The notes beneath the pieces were generated by a model. The model was not told the origin of the DNA and did not search any database. It worked only from the letters and a program-made list of their open reading frames with translations. Shown here in pieces: positions 39,122-50,518 of a stretch of 64,000 nucleotides of DNA (position 1 is its first letter; each line of letters begins with the position of its first letter). Made by a program: the position numbers and the translations under genes. Origin of the DNA: Spirochaetia bacterium (GTDB lineage Bacteria; Spirochaetota; Spirochaetia; SZUA-6; Bin103); the NCBI GenBank assembly GCA_965203905.1, contig CBDBDQ010000005.1:7712001-7776000 (forward strand), given 5' to 3'.

Positions 39122-40522
39122 ATGCCCGCGCCCCACCAGCGAGCCGCAGTGCTCGACACCACCCGTCTCTACTACCTGCCGGTGACGACCCGCGTCCCGC
39201 TCAAGTTCGGCCCCGAGGTGCTCACCGAGGTGATCTGCGCCCGCGCGAGCGTGAAGCTGCACGCCGCCGGCAACGCCGGAGCGACCGCTCAGGCTGCCGC
39301 GGTCGGCTGGGGGGAAACACCCCTCAACGTGCAGTGGGTATGGCCAGGCAGCCTCACCTACGCGGAACGGCTGGCGGCGCTGCGCGACCTGACCGAGACG
39401 ATCGCCCGCGCCTGGCCCGACAATGACCGGCCCGGCCACCCGATGGAGATCGGCCATCGGTTCATCACCGCGCACCTGCCGAGACTGCTGGCGGAGGCCA
39501 ACAGCACGCGCCCCGCACACGCTGCAATCCCGTGGCTCGCCGCCCTGGTGTGCGCCTCCGCCTTCGACCTCGCGACCCACGACGCGTACGGCAAGCTGAT
39601 GGGGTGCGCGACGTATGCGACCTACGGCCCCGATCATCTGACCAGCGACCTGGCTGCGCTGTTGGACGATTCGGCGTTCGCAGGCCGCTACCCGAGCGAC
39701 TACCTGACCGCGCCACCGAGCCGGCTGATGGCGTGGCACCTGGTGGGCGGTCTCGACCCGCTGTCGCCGGCCGACCTCACCGGCGCGGAGCCCGACGACG
39801 GCTACCCCACGCTGCTGGAGGAATGGATACGAACCGACGGCCTGCAGGCCTTGAAGGTGAAACTGCGCGGCGACGACGAGGCATGGGACTACGAGCGCCT
39901 GGTCGCGGTCGGGACGATCGCGGCGCGTCACCCGGTGCTGTGGCTGTCGGCCGACTTCAACTGCACTGTGGACGATCCCGAGTACGTGAACCGCATACTT
40001 GACCGTTTACGCGACAACGAGCCTCGCACCTACGCGGCGATTCTGTACGTCGAGCAACCGTTCCCGTACGACCTGGAGCAGCACCGGATCGACGTGCGCT
40101 CGGTGGCGGCGCGCAAGCCGCTGTTCATGGACGAGAGCGCCCACGATTGGACCCTGGTGCGCCTGGGCCGGTCGCTCGGCTGGAGCGGCGTGGCGCTGAA
40201 GACCTGCAAGACGCAGACCGGAGCGATCCTGAGCCTGTGCTGGGCACGGCAGCACGGCATGACGCTGATGGTGCAGGATCTCACCAATCCGATGCTGGCG
40301 CAGATTCCGCACCTGCAGTTGGCCGCCCACGCCGGCACCATCATGGGTGTGGAGACCAACGCCATGCAGTTCTACCCCGCCGCCTCCGCGGCCGAGGCGA
40401 AGGTGCACCCGGGGCTGTACCGGCGCCGCGGCGGTCACGTGGACCTGTCCACGCTCACCGGCGCCGGTTTCGGCTATCGAGTCGGCGAGATCCGGCGCAC
40501 ACTGCCCGAGCCGGCGGTGTAG
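39122..40522 (+). CDS. Enolase-superfamily (mandelate racemase/MLE-like) enzyme
   Basis: GWGE, LKVKLRG, SADFN, YVEQP and MDES motifs. Confidence 0.88.
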   Translation: MPAPHQRAAVLDTTRLYYLPVTTRVPLKFGPEVLTEVICARASVKLHAAGNAGATAQAAAVGWGETPLNVQWVWPGSLTYAERLAALRDLTETIARAWPDNDRPGHPMEIGHRFITAHLPRLLAEANSTRPAHAAIPWLAALVCASAFDLATHDAYGKLMGCATYATYGPDHLTSDLAALLDDSAFAGRYPSDYLTAPPSRLMAWHLVGGLDPLSPADLTGAEPDDGYPTLLEEWIRTDGLQALKVKLRGDDEAWDYERLVAVGTIAARHPVLWLSADFNCTVDDPEYVNRILDRLRDNEPRTYAAILYVEQPFPYDLEQHRIDVRSVAARKPLFMDESAHDWTLVRLGRSLGWSGVALKTCKTQTGAILSLCWARQHGMTLMVQDLTNPMLAQIPHLQLAAHAGTIMGVETNAMQFYPAASAAEAKVHPGLYRRRGGHVDLSTLTGAGFGYRVGEIRRTLPEPAV

Positions 40523-40595
40523 AACGCCACGGGCCACCCGGCGCCACGCCGGTTCATCGGACCAGACGACAGCCATCCACGCGGACGGACCATCC

Positions 40596-42305
40596 TCAGT
40601 CGCCGAGCGAGTCGCTGAGCGGTACCCCGCCGGCCGCGACCGCCGCCCAGGTGGCGTGCAGCCTGGCGGCCGCGGTGGCCTCCTGGCGGCGCCGCTCGGC
40701 CGCGCTCCAGTTCAGTTCCCCCGCCATCAGCTCGGCCACGCGCGGCACGCTCGCCAGCGCCGCCGCGCTGTCCAGGAACGCCAACCGGGTGCGCCGCGAC
40801 AGCACGTCGTCCACCGTGCAGGCCGCTTCCTGGCGCGCCGCGTACAGAGCCTCCGCCTCCAGGTAGGGGTAGCGGGTCGCCAGACGGGCCCGGTGTCCGG
40901 CCGCGGCCAGACGGGCGACCGCGGTGGCGCGCGCGCCGTAGGTGGTATCGAGATGGCGGGCGATGTCCGCCGGCAGCCGGTGGCGCCGTTGCAGCCTGCC
41001 CGCGTCGGGGCGATAGCCGGCGGCGCCGGCCAGCGGCGTGGTACGGGTCTGCGACACGCCGCTGGCCGCGAGCCCGCCGGCGGCCACGGCGCGGTTGACC
41101 GCGTGCACGGCCATCACGCGGTAGGTAGTCCACTTTCCGCCGGCGACGGTGACCAGACCGGCGCGGCTCTCGGTGAGGTGATGGTCGCGGGTCAGCGATG
41201 CGGTCCCGCGTCGCCGCTGGCGCCCGCCGGCGACGCGCCGCGGCGGCGCCGCGATCAGGGGACGCAGCCCCGTCCACGCCGCGGCCACGTCTTCCGCCCG
41301 TACCGGCACGTTGAGGTAGCTGTTCAGATGATCGAGCAGGTAGTGCACCTCGCGCGGCGTGGGTACGGGATCTTCGGTCACCGGCGCCGACACCTCGGTG
41401 GTGCCCACCAGCAGGCGGCGCTGCCACGGCAATACGAAGATGACCCGGCCATCTTCGGTGCGCGGAATCAGAAACCCGGTGTCGGGAGCGGGGAAACGCG
41501 GGCCCAGTACCAAGTGGGTGCCGGCGCTGACCCGCAGCAGCGGCGCGCCGGTCTCGTCGTCGAGCGCGCGCAGGTCGTCGACGTAGGGGCCGGCGGCGTT
41601 CAGCACCACGCGCGCGCGAATCGGCCAGGCCGCGCCGGTAAGCTGGTCGCGTACCGCCGCGCCGGTGATGCGGCCGCCCGCATCGGTGGTGAACCCCTCC
41701 ACTGCCACGTAGTTGGCGACCGCCGCGCCCTGTTCGGCCGCGGTCAGAGCGAGGGCGAGATTCATGCGCGCGTCGTCGAACTGGCCGTCATAGTAAACCA
41801 CGCCGCCGCGCAGGCGGCGCGGCGGCCCGTACCCGCGCACCTCCTCGCGCAGGTAGGGGAAACGCGTCAGAACATGCTCGCGCGGCACGAACTCGGAACG
41901 GTGCAGCGCATACTTGCCGGCGAGGCGGTCGTACAGCCGCAGGCCGATGCGATAGTAGGGGTGCTGACCGAGCTGATACAGCGGCACGAAGATCGGCAGT
42001 TCGTGCACCAGGTGGGGGGCCAGCTCCAGCAGCGCCTGGCGCTCGCGCAGCGCCTCCCGCACCAGGCGGAACTGGCTGCGGTCGATCCGCTTCACCGCCT
42101 GCTCCAGGTAGCGGACGCCGCCGTGCACGAGCTTGGTGCTGCGGCTGCTGGTGCCGCTGCCGAAGTCGGCCCGCTCCACCAGCGCCACCCGCAGCCCGCG
42201 CGTGGCGGCATCGAGCGCGCTGCCGCAGCCGGTGGCGCCGCCGCCTATCACCAGCAGGTCGAAGCGCTCCTCCTGCAGGCTGCGCAAGTGGTCAGCGCGC
42301 CTCAT
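40596..42305 (-). CDS. glpD: FAD-dependent glycerol-3-phosphate dehydrogenase
   Basis: IGGGATG, GTSSRSTKLVHGGVRYL and GGKWTTYR motifs. Confidence 0.96.
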   Translation of the reverse strand: MRRADHLRSLQEERFDLLVIGGGATGCGSALDAATRGLRVALVERADFGSGTSSRSTKLVHGGVRYLEQAVKRIDRSQFRLVREALRERQALLELAPHLVHELPIFVPLYQLGQHPYYRIGLRLYDRLAGKYALHRSEFVPREHVLTRFPYLREEVRGYGPPRRLRGGVVYYDGQFDDARMNLALALTAAEQGAAVANYVAVEGFTTDAGGRITGAAVRDQLTGAAWPIRARVVLNAAGPYVDDLRALDDETGAPLLRVSAGTHLVLGPRFPAPDTGFLIPRTEDGRVIFVLPWQRRLLVGTTEVSAPVTEDPVPTPREVHYLLDHLNSYLNVPVRAEDVAAAWTGLRPLIAAPPRRVAGGRQRRRGTASLTRDHHLTESRAGLVTVAGGKWTTYRVMAVHAVNRAVAAGGLAASGVSQTRTTPLAGAAGYRPDAGRLQRRHRLPADIARHLDTTYGARATAVARLAAAGHRARLATRYPYLEAEALYAARQEAACTVDDVLSRRTRLAFLDSAAALASVPRVAELMAGELNWSAAERRRQEATAAARLHATWAAVAAGGVPLSDSLGD

Positions 42306-42524
42306 GAACCGATCGGGCCCGCCCGCCGGGCGGCTGCTACGCTGCGCGATGCCCGGACTGCACGGCCGCCGCCGCACCGGCGGTCAGCCGGAGCGCCGAA
42401 CGTCCTGCGCCGTCCCACGCGGTGCATTCCGGCCAGGCGTCTCCCGTCTGCAACGATGGTCGCCGCCTCCGAGCCGCACGCCGCGCCGCCGGCGCCAGCC
42501 ATCGGACTCTCCGTTCCCACCAGG

Positions 42525-44009
42525 CTAGCGGGCGGAGCGGGTTCGCTGTACCGCGTCCACCCAGCCGGCGAGCAGCGCCTCCCGCCGACTCGCCGCCATC
42601 CGCGGCTCGAAGCGCCGTTCGGCGCGCCACAGGTCGGCAGCCGCGGAACGGTCCGGCCACAGGCCCACCGCCAGGCCGGCCAGCAACGCGGCGCCCCAGG
42701 CGGTGGTCTCCAGGTTGGCGGGGCGCACCACCGGCAGGTCGAGCAGGTCGGCCTGCAACTGCAGCAGCAGGTTGTTGGCCGCGGCGCCGCCGTCCACGCG
42801 CAGTTCGCGCAGCGGGGCGCCCAGGTCGCGTTCCATGGCGCGCACCACGTCCACCACCTGGCAGGCGATCGCCTCCAGCGCCGCCCGCGCCAGGTGCGCC
42901 CTGCCGCTGCCGCGCGTCAGTCCGGTCACGGTGCCGCGCGCATCCTGGTCCCAGTAGGGCGCGCCCAGACCGGCGAACGCCGGCACCAGGTACACGCCGC
43001 CGGTGTCCGGCACCGACGCGGCCAGCGTTTCCACCTCCGGCGCGCTGGCGATCAGCCCCAGGCCGTCGCGCAGCCACTGCACCACCGCGCCGCCCATGAA
43101 CACGCTGCCCTCCAGGGCATACTCGCGCCGGCCGGCCATCTGCGACGCCACGGTGGTCAGCAGGCGGTTGGCGGACCGCGCCGCTTCGGCGCCGGTGTGG
43201 GCGAGCAGGAAGCACCCGGTGCCGTAGGTGTTCTTGGCCAGCCCCGGCGCGAACAGCGCCTGCCCCACCGAGGCCGCCTGCTGGTCACCCGCGATGCCGG
43301 CCAGCGCCACCGGCTCATCGAGCAGCGCCGTCAGTTCGCCGTACACCGCCGACGAATCACATACCTCGGGCAGCAGCGGAGCCGGGATGTCGAGCAGGCC
43401 AAGCAGTTCCTCGTCCCAACAGCCGCGGTGGATGTCGTACAGCAGCGTGCGGCTGGCATTGGTGGCGTCGGTGACGTGCAGCGTGCCGCCGCTGAGGCGA
43501 AACGCCAGCCAACTGTCGATGGTGCCGAACGCCAGTTCGCCGGCCGATGCGCGCGCGCGCGCATCGGGCACCTGGTCCAGGATCCAGGCCAGCTTGGTGC
43601 CCGAGAAGTAGGCATCGAGGACCAGCCCGGTGCGCCGCCGGAACAGCTCGCCATGGCCGGCCGCCTCCAGGTCCGCCACCATCCCGCTGGTGCGCCGGTC
43701 CTGCCACACGATTGCAGGGTGGATCGGCTTGCCGGTACCCCGCTCCCACACCACGGTGGTCTCGCGCTGGTTGGTAATGCCCACCGCCGCCACATCGGCC
43801 GGCCGGCATCCGGCATCCGCGACCGCCCGCCGCGCCACGGCGACCTGGCTGGCCAGGATCTCCTCCGCGTCGTGCTCGACCCACCCCGCCCGCGGGAACA
43901 TCTGCCGGAACTCCTGCTGCGCGACCGCCACGGCCGCGCCGGCGGCGTCGAACAGCAGCGCCCGCGAACTGGTGGTGCCCTGGTCGAGGGCCAACACGAA
44001 CCTGCGCAT
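42525..44009 (-). CDS. glpK: Glycerol kinase
   Basis: [27 protein letters not shown] and KNTYGTG motifs. Confidence 0.97.
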   Translation of the reverse strand: MRRFVLALDQGTTSSRALLFDAAGAAVAVAQQEFRQMFPRAGWVEHDAEEILASQVAVARRAVADAGCRPADVAAVGITNQRETTVVWERGTGKPIHPAIVWQDRRTSGMVADLEAAGHGELFRRRTGLVLDAYFSGTKLAWILDQVPDARARASAGELAFGTIDSWLAFRLSGGTLHVTDATNASRTLLYDIHRGCWDEELLGLLDIPAPLLPEVCDSSAVYGELTALLDEPVALAGIAGDQQAASVGQALFAPGLAKNTYGTGCFLLAHTGAEAARSANRLLTTVASQMAGRREYALEGSVFMGGAVVQWLRDGLGLIASAPEVETLAASVPDTGGVYLVPAFAGLGAPYWDQDARGTVTGLTRGSGRAHLARAALEAIACQVVDVVRAMERDLGAPLRELRVDGGAAANNLLLQLQADLLDLPVVRPANLETTAWGAALLAGLAVGLWPDRSAAADLWRAERRFEPRMAASRREALLAGWVDAVQRTRSAR

Positions 44010-44166
44010 GGCGCAGCCAACCTAAACCCGACCGCCGCCTCCGGCAACCCCGCCGGACGTACCGGCCGGAGCGGTCATTGACGGCGGCCAGTGCGGCTGA
44101 CGACTATATGGCGAACCACCGTTCGCGGCGTCGACCGCCGCCGCACCACAAGGAGAAACCAACAAA

Positions 44167-45195
44167 ATGAGCAAAGTACGCGTCGGATTCAACGGCATGG
44201 GCCGCATCGGCAAGAACGTGATGCGGGTCATCGTCTCCAAGCTGAACGACCGCTTCGAGATCGTGGCCGGCAACGACCTGGTCCCCACCGCCGACATTGC
44301 CGCCAGCCTGCCCAAGGACGCGGTGTACGGTCGCTTCCCCGTCGCCGTGGAGCAGACCGCCGACAACAAGATCCGGGTCGGCGACCACGAACTGACCATC
44401 TACGCCGAGATGGACGCGTCCAACGTGCCGTGGGGCGACCACGGCGTCGACATCGTGTTCGAGTGCACCGGCTTCTACCTGACCACCGAGAAGGCGAGCG
44501 CCCATCTCGCCGGCGGCGCAGGGCGCGTCATCGTTTCCGCGCCCTGCAACGACGACACCGACACCGTGGTGGTGGGCGTCAACCACGACATCCTCACCCC
44601 CGAGCACAAGATCGTCTCCAACGCGAGCTGCACCACCAACTGCCTGGCGCCGATGACCCGCGCCGTCGACCTGAGCTACCCGGTCAAGGGCGGCCTGATG
44701 AGCACCACGCACGCCGCTACCGCCACCCAGAAGGTGGCCGACACGTTCGGCGGCGGCAAGAACCGCGCCACCCTCAACAACGTGATCCCGGCCAGCACCG
44801 GCGCCGCCGTCGCCGTGGGCAAGGTGCTGCCGCACCTCAACGGCAAGCTCAACGGCACCGCCCTGCGCGTGCCCACCGACACCGGCAGCGTGGTCGAGGC
44901 GGTGTACCAGATCGACGGCACGCCCTCCAAGGAGGAGCTGGTCACCGCGCTGGCCGCCAACGCCGACCGGATCAACGGCTCCACCCTGCTCAGCCAAGTG
45001 ATCACCGTCAACGACTACTACGAATGCTCCCGCGACTGCGTCGGCGAGCCGTTCTCGTCGATGGTGTCCGACAGCCCGCTGGTGGTGCCGGTCGACGACA
45101 GCGGCTCCCTGGTCAAGCTGACCAGCTTCTACGACAACGAAATGGGCTTCAGCCACCGCATGGCCGAACTGGCCCTCATCTTCGCCGCCGCCTGA
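44167..45195 (+). CDS. gap: Glyceraldehyde-3-phosphate dehydrogenase (type I)
   Basis: RBS AAGGAG; NGMGRIG, SNASCTTNCLAP and YDNE motifs. Confidence 0.95.
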   Translation: MSKVRVGFNGMGRIGKNVMRVIVSKLNDRFEIVAGNDLVPTADIAASLPKDAVYGRFPVAVEQTADNKIRVGDHELTIYAEMDASNVPWGDHGVDIVFECTGFYLTTEKASAHLAGGAGRVIVSAPCNDDTDTVVVGVNHDILTPEHKIVSNASCTTNCLAPMTRAVDLSYPVKGGLMSTTHAATATQKVADTFGGGKNRATLNNVIPASTGAAVAVGKVLPHLNGKLNGTALRVPTDTGSVVEAVYQIDGTPSKEELVTALAANADRINGSTLLSQVITVNDYYECSRDCVGEPFSSMVSDSPLVVPVDDSGSLVKLTSFYDNEMGFSHRMAELALIFAAA

Positions 45196-45220
45196 CGCAC
45201 TTTTCGTCCGCCGGATTCGG

Positions 45221-46126
45221 TCAGCCGGCGCGGAGGCGGGCGGCCTGTTCCCGCAGGCGCTGTCGGGCGCCGTCCCAGGAGGCGTAGTCGCCAAGGGTCC
45301 GCGGGTGGTTGCTGCGCACCACCAGGGGCGGGCGGCCGCTGCGGTCGAGGGCCGCCTGCAGGGCGGTGTCGCCGATGCGCTCGGGCTCGCTCTGCTCGCG
45401 GTAGCCGGGAGTTTCGCGGAAGCGGACGTCGACGCTCCAGCGCACGCCGTCGCTGTGGTTCACGTCGCTGCCATGGAAGGTGAGGTTGTGGAACGCCAGG
45501 AAGTCGCCGCAGCGCATCGGCTCCGGGACCGGCGTGCCGCGCTGCGTGACGTCTTCGAAGCTCACCATGTTGTGGTCGGCACGGCGCGCGCCCGGCAGCA
45601 GGCCCCACTTGTGGCTGCCGCGAATGAGTTGCAGGCAGCCGTTGCGCTCGTCCACGTCGACCAGGGGGATCCACACCGAGACCACCAGGATGTGGCCGGT
45701 TTGCGGGCCGTAGTACTGGCTGTCCTGGTGCAGCGGGAAGGCGGTGTTGGTGCGGCCGGGCAGCTTGGGGCGCAAGTGGTAGTCGCCGTTGAAGGAGATC
45801 TCCTCGCCGAGCAGCGGCTGCAGCGCGTCGAGGATCGCCTCGTGCCGTATCAGCGCGTACAGCTCGGGCGAGAACAGGAACGTGTTCCAGGAGCGCATGC
45901 GCGACTCCGAATCGCGGTACAGCAGCGCCAACCGCCGCTCGAAGGAGGCGTCGGCGTGGACCGATTCGATGGCGCCCTCGGCGTGCAACTCGCGCGCGTG
46001 GGCATCGACGTTACGGTCGATGAGATCGCGGATCGGCTGCAGCACCGAGTCGGGCAGCGCGCCGCGCACGACAAAGTAGCCGTCGTTCTCGAACTGCTCT
46101 GTTGGGGTCGGTGAGGTCGTTGGCAT
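45221..46126 (-). CDS. Phytanoyl-CoA dioxygenase (PhyH) family protein
   Basis: HQD, WIPL, NGCL..GSH and FHGS..R motifs. Confidence 0.9.
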   Translation of the reverse strand: MPTTSPTPTEQFENDGYFVVRGALPDSVLQPIRDLIDRNVDAHARELHAEGAIESVHADASFERRLALLYRDSESRMRSWNTFLFSPELYALIRHEAILDALQPLLGEEISFNGDYHLRPKLPGRTNTAFPLHQDSQYYGPQTGHILVVSVWIPLVDVDERNGCLQLIRGSHKWGLLPGARRADHNMVSFEDVTQRGTPVPEPMRCGDFLAFHNLTFHGSDVNHSDGVRWSVDVRFRETPGYREQSEPERIGDTALQAALDRSGRPPLVVRSNHPRTLGDYASWDGARQRLREQAARLRAG

Positions 46127-46358
46127 CGCACTCTCCGCTTGCGCGTTACTTGGCGCCGGCACCCGCCCGCCGCACTCACCCGCCAGTGCGGCACCGAATA
46201 TGCCGGTACGGAACCAGGCATCGGCACACGCCGTCTCGACGCGGGTACCGTCGTTGCGGGGCATGTTACCACCAGACGTCGCGGTCGGGGTAGCGGCACC
46301 AGTATACGCAGTTGGAGCGGCTCACCGCCGTTGCGGTGTTGGCCATCGGCGTGCCGGT

Positions 46359-46700
46359 CTACCGGTTGCGGCGGAGGAAGAAGGCGGCGAGCCAGGCGGG
46401 GAGGCTGAGAACGAGGGCGTAGATGAGGATGGCGGCGGGGCCGAGGAGGCCGGCGACCAGGGTGGCGGCGACGGTGGCAGCCGCCAGCACGGCCATCGTG
46501 ATCCACGCGGTGATGCGCAAGCCCCTGCGGTGCAGCAGGCGGCAGGCGAGCGCGAGCGGCAGGCCGGCGGGGGCGACCACGAGCAGCGACAGCAGCGCCC
46601 GCGGCTCGGGGGGGACTCCCATGCCGCGAACGAGGGCCGAGACGACCACCCCCACGGGCAGCCACAGGAGCGCGAGCGGGTAGAACAGGGGGCGAGGCAC
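46359..46700 (-). CDS. Small integral membrane protein, hypothetical
   Basis: 113 aa with about 4 hydrophobic segments. GTG start lies just after the upstream stop. Confidence 0.6.
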   Translation of the reverse strand: MPRPLFYPLALLWLPVGVVVSALVRGMGVPPEPRALLSLLVVAPAGLPLALACRLLHRRGLRITAWITMAVLAAATVAATLVAGLLGPAAILIYALVLSLPAWLAAFFLRRNR

Positions 46701-46702
46701 GA

Positions 46703-48166
46703 TCAGCCCGTGCCGAACAGCTTGCCGGCCAGGCCCCAGCCGCTGATGCCGGCGAACACGAACAGCACCAGCGCCGACGCCACCGCGCCGGCCAGCATCG
46801 GCAACCGCGTGCGGTAGGCTGACGGGAGCTTGAAGTTGAGGTACAGCGCAGCCGCCATCATCAGGGCGATCGACAGGTTGGCCAGCATGAATCCGGCGAT
46901 CTGGGTGAGAATGTCGAACGGCACGTCGAGCCACACGATGGAGAACGTGGTCACCAGCAGGTAGCCGCACACCACCAGCTTGATGCGGTCGTAGTCCCAC
47001 CTCCGCCGCGGGCTGATCGCCTGGCCGAATTCCTGCATCACCCGCGCGTAGATCTCCGGGAACGCCTGCAGCGTGCCCCACAGCGCGGCGACGATCGCGA
47101 CGTAGTAGATCCAGATCAACGACCCGTGGATGTTGCTCCACACGTGGCGCTGCTCGGTGAGCAGGCTCCAGCCGGCGAACCTGCTCTGCAGCGGGTACAG
47201 CACGGCGGCGCCGGACAGCATGAACGCCGCCGTCACGATGAACAGCACCACCGCCCCCATGCCGACGTCCCAGCGCAGCGGAGCCACGCTCTTGCGCACC
47301 AGCGCCACCTGGTCCGGCTCGCCGGGCAGGTAGTCGATCGCGTCGCGCCCGAACGCGTGGCGGCGCAGCTCGTCGATGTCGCGGTGTGCGGTCATTCCCC
47401 AGCGGCGGATTCCGACCCAGTTGGCGTACACCACGTAGCCCATCACCGAGCCGCCCACGTACGCGAACGCCGTCGCCATGGTGAGCAGCGGATTCTCCAC
47501 CGCGTCGTTCGGCGCCCACGCCGGGTACTCCGGCAGGCGCCCGAAGCTGAGCGCGCCGCGCAGCGCCTCGCCCAGGTCGGGACGCACCAGCAGCGTGCCG
47601 AGAATGGTGCCGGCGACCAGGATGCTGCAGATCGCGATCTGCTGCTTCTCCAGTTTCTGGTACGACAGGCGCAGGCAGAACGCGAGCGCGAGAAGGATGA
47701 AGGCGCAGGTGATGATGTTCTCGTAGACCGGCTCCGGGATCGAGGCCGGCAGCACGCCCTGCAGCAGGAAGTGGAACAGGTCTCCGCACGGCTTGGCGAT
47801 CGGCACCCAGGCCAGCGGCGCGCCGATCATCTCCAGCACCACGATGGCGACCAGCAGCCAGCCGCGCGGACCTGGCAGGCGCACCAGCCGGTGGCCGATG
47901 TGCTCGCCGCTGACCGCGGTGTAGCGGCCGAGCAGGTAGGTAACGAACACGCCCTTGACCACGCAGCTCAGCAGCACCAGCCACAACAGCCCGTAGCGCG
48001 CCCACGCCCCGGCGCGCACCACCACGATCGTCTCGCCGGCGCCGATGCTGACCGAGGCGACGATCGCCGCCGGCCCGAACACGGCCAGCAGCCCGACCAG
48101 CTTCCTGGCCGACCACGGCTGCGCGAACGGTCCTTCGAGCGGCGGCGGCGCAAACGTACGGCTCAT
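46703..48166 (-). CDS. Nramp/APC-superfamily transporter
   Basis: GPAAIVASVSIGAGE..GA..YGLLW motif and multiple TM helices. Confidence 0.85.
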   Translation of the reverse strand: MSRTFAPPPLEGPFAQPWSARKLVGLLAVFGPAAIVASVSIGAGETIVVVRAGAWARYGLLWLVLLSCVVKGVFVTYLLGRYTAVSGEHIGHRLVRLPGPRGWLLVAIVVLEMIGAPLAWVPIAKPCGDLFHFLLQGVLPASIPEPVYENIITCAFILLALAFCLRLSYQKLEKQQIAICSILVAGTILGTLLVRPDLGEALRGALSFGRLPEYPAWAPNDAVENPLLTMATAFAYVGGSVMGYVVYANWVGIRRWGMTAHRDIDELRRHAFGRDAIDYLPGEPDQVALVRKSVAPLRWDVGMGAVVLFIVTAAFMLSGAAVLYPLQSRFAGWSLLTEQRHVWSNIHGSLIWIYYVAIVAALWGTLQAFPEIYARVMQEFGQAISPRRRWDYDRIKLVVCGYLLVTTFSIVWLDVPFDILTQIAGFMLANLSIALMMAAALYLNFKLPSAYRTRLPMLAGAVASALVLFVFAGISGWGLAGKLFGTG

Positions 48167-48267
48167 GACGGCGCAGACCGTACCACGGGTCCGGTTCCCG
48201 AGTCGCGACAATCCGCGCTGCCGGCGAGTTCACGGGCGCGCCGGGCAAGCGTTATATTGCGGCCATC

Positions 48268-48726
48268 ATGTTGCAGAAAGGCGACCCCGCCCCCGATTTC
48301 TCCCTGAGCGACCAGGACGGCACCATCCACTCGCTGGCCGACTACCGCGGCAAGAAACTGCTGATCTACTTCTATCCGCGCGCCGACACTCCCGGCTGCA
48401 CGCGCCAGTCGTGCGCGGTGCGCGACGCCCGCGACGATCTGGCCAGCCGCAACCTGGCGGCGGTCGGCATCAGCCCCGACGTGCCGGACGATCAGAAGAA
48501 GTTCGACGACAAGTTCTCGCTCGGCTTCCCGCTGCTCGCCGACGACGGCCACAAGATCGCCGAGGCGTACGGCGCGTGGGGCGAGAAGAACATGTACGGA
48601 CGCACTTCGATCGGCATCAAGCGCTCCTCGTTCCTGGTCGACGAGCAGGGCAACCTGGAAGGGGTGTGGTACAACGTCCGGCCCGAGGCCACCGTGCCCA
48701 AGGCGCTGCAGCAGGTCGACGGCTGA
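48268..48726 (+). CDS. bcp: Thioredoxin-dependent peroxiredoxin BCP/PrxQ
   Basis: FYPRADTPGCTRQSC. Confidence 0.96.
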   Translation: MLQKGDPAPDFSLSDQDGTIHSLADYRGKKLLIYFYPRADTPGCTRQSCAVRDARDDLASRNLAAVGISPDVPDDQKKFDDKFSLGFPLLADDGHKIAEAYGAWGEKNMYGRTSIGIKRSSFLVDEQGNLEGVWYNVRPEATVPKALQQVDG

Positions 48727-48762
48727 CCCGCGGGCGCCCCGTCACGAGCCTCCGAGCGCACG

Positions 48763-50418
48763 GTGTCAGCGCTGATCGAGTCTCCGGCGTGGCGTGACCT
48801 GGCCGCGCACCGGCGCGCCATCGACGGCCGCCACATGCGCGAGTTGTTCGAAGCCGACGGCGGCCGCTTCGACCGCTTTTCGCTGCGCCTGGGCGAGATC
48901 CTGTTCGATTACTCCAAGAATCGCATCACCGGCGAGACCATGGAGTTGCTGTTCGCCCTGGCGCGGCAGAGCGGCCTGACGAGCGCCATCGAAGCGATGT
49001 TCGGCGGTGCCAGGATCAACAACACGGAGTACCGCGCGGTGCTGCACGTGGCGCTGCGCAACCGTTCCAACCGGCCCATCGCGGTCGATGGCGCGGACGT
49101 GATGCCGGAGGTCAACCGGGTGCTCGGCAAGATGCGCTCGTTCAGCGAGCGGGTGCGTTCCGGCGCCTGGCGCGGCTTCGGCGGAGATGCGATCACCGAC
49201 GTGGTCAACATCGGCATCGGCGGGTCGGATCTCGGCCCCAGGATGGTCGCCACCGCGCTCACGCCATACCACGCCGCCCACCTGCGCATGCACTTCGTCT
49301 CCAACGTCGACGGCACCGACATCTGCGAGACCCTGAAGGCGCTCGACCCCGCCAGCACGCTGTTCCTGATCGCTTCCAAGACATTCACCACCCAGGAGAC
49401 GATGACCAACGCCGCCTCCGCGCGCGAGTGGCTGCTGCAAGCCGCACCGGACGAGAGCGCGATCGCCCGCCACTTCGCCGCCCTGTCCACCAACGCGGAG
49501 GCGGTGGCCGCGTTCGGCATCGACACCGACAACATGTTCGAGTTCTGGGACTGGGTCGGCGGGCGCTACTCGCTGTGGTCGGCAATCGGACTGCCGATCG
49601 CCATTGCCATCGGCATGGACCGGTTCGAGGAGCTGCTCGCCGGCGCCCACGAGGCGGACGAGCACTTCCGCAGTGCACCGCTTGAGGGCAACATTCCGGT
49701 GGTCATGGCGCTGCTCGGCATCTGGTACCGCGGCTTTTTCGGCGCCCGGACGCACGCCATCCTGCCCTACGACCAGTACCTGCGCCACTTCGCCGACTAC
49801 CTGCAACAGGGCGACATGGAGAGCAACGGCAAGAGCGTCGACAAGGCCGGGCGTGCGGTCGACTACCCGACCGGGCCGGTGATCTGGGGCCAGCCGGGCA
49901 CCAACGGCCAGCACGCGTTCTACCAGCTCATCCACCAGGGCACCGAGCTGGTGCCGTGCGACTTCCTGGCGCCGGCGCGGAGCCACAACCCCCTCGGGCG
50001 CCACCACGACATCCTCATCGCCAACTTCCTGGCCCAGACGGAGGCGCTGATGCGCGGCCGAACCACCGCCGAGGCGCGCACCGAGCTGACCGGTGCGGGC
50101 GTCTCGGGGCCGGACCTGGAGTTGCTCGCCGCGGCCAAGACGTTCGCCGGCAACAAGCCGACCAACACGTTCCTGTTCCGGCAGCTCACGCCGGCCACCC
50201 TGGGCGCGCTGATCGCCTTCTACGAACACAAGATCTTCACCCAGGGCGTGGTCTGGAATATCAACTCCTTCGACCAGATGGGCGTGGAACTGGGCAAGCA
50301 ACTGGCGTCGGCCATCCTGCCGCAACTGGAGGACGATGCGCGCCCGGCGAAGGCGACCGGCACGCACGACGCGTCGACCAACGCCCTGATCCGCCACTAC
50401 CGGCAGCTCCGCGCCTGA
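48763..50418 (+). CDS. pgi: Glucose-6-phosphate isomerase
   Basis: [25 protein letters not shown] and [10 protein letters not shown] motifs. Confidence 0.98.
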   Translation: MSALIESPAWRDLAAHRRAIDGRHMRELFEADGGRFDRFSLRLGEILFDYSKNRITGETMELLFALARQSGLTSAIEAMFGGARINNTEYRAVLHVALRNRSNRPIAVDGADVMPEVNRVLGKMRSFSERVRSGAWRGFGGDAITDVVNIGIGGSDLGPRMVATALTPYHAAHLRMHFVSNVDGTDICETLKALDPASTLFLIASKTFTTQETMTNAASAREWLLQAAPDESAIARHFAALSTNAEAVAAFGIDTDNMFEFWDWVGGRYSLWSAIGLPIAIAIGMDRFEELLAGAHEADEHFRSAPLEGNIPVVMALLGIWYRGFFGARTHAILPYDQYLRHFADYLQQGDMESNGKSVDKAGRAVDYPTGPVIWGQPGTNGQHAFYQLIHQGTELVPCDFLAPARSHNPLGRHHDILIANFLAQTEALMRGRTTAEARTELTGAGVSGPDLELLAAAKTFAGNKPTNTFLFRQLTPATLGALIAFYEHKIFTQGVVWNINSFDQMGVELGKQLASAILPQLEDDARPAKATGTHDASTNALIRHYRQLRA

Positions 50419-50518
50419 CGAGTCGGTGTACCCCACCGGGCACCTCAGGACGCCGGTAGCGCCGCGATTCACGTTGAACCTCGACAGACCGGAGGCGGAT
50501 CGCTACGCTCGGGGCCTG

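Noticed and set aside
40347-44081. 1244-aa + strand ORF and similar long shadow ORFs (e.g. 33370-35649, 30071-31768, 48766-50472)
   Set aside because: Antisense to well-supported genes; an artefact of GC-rich codon usage.
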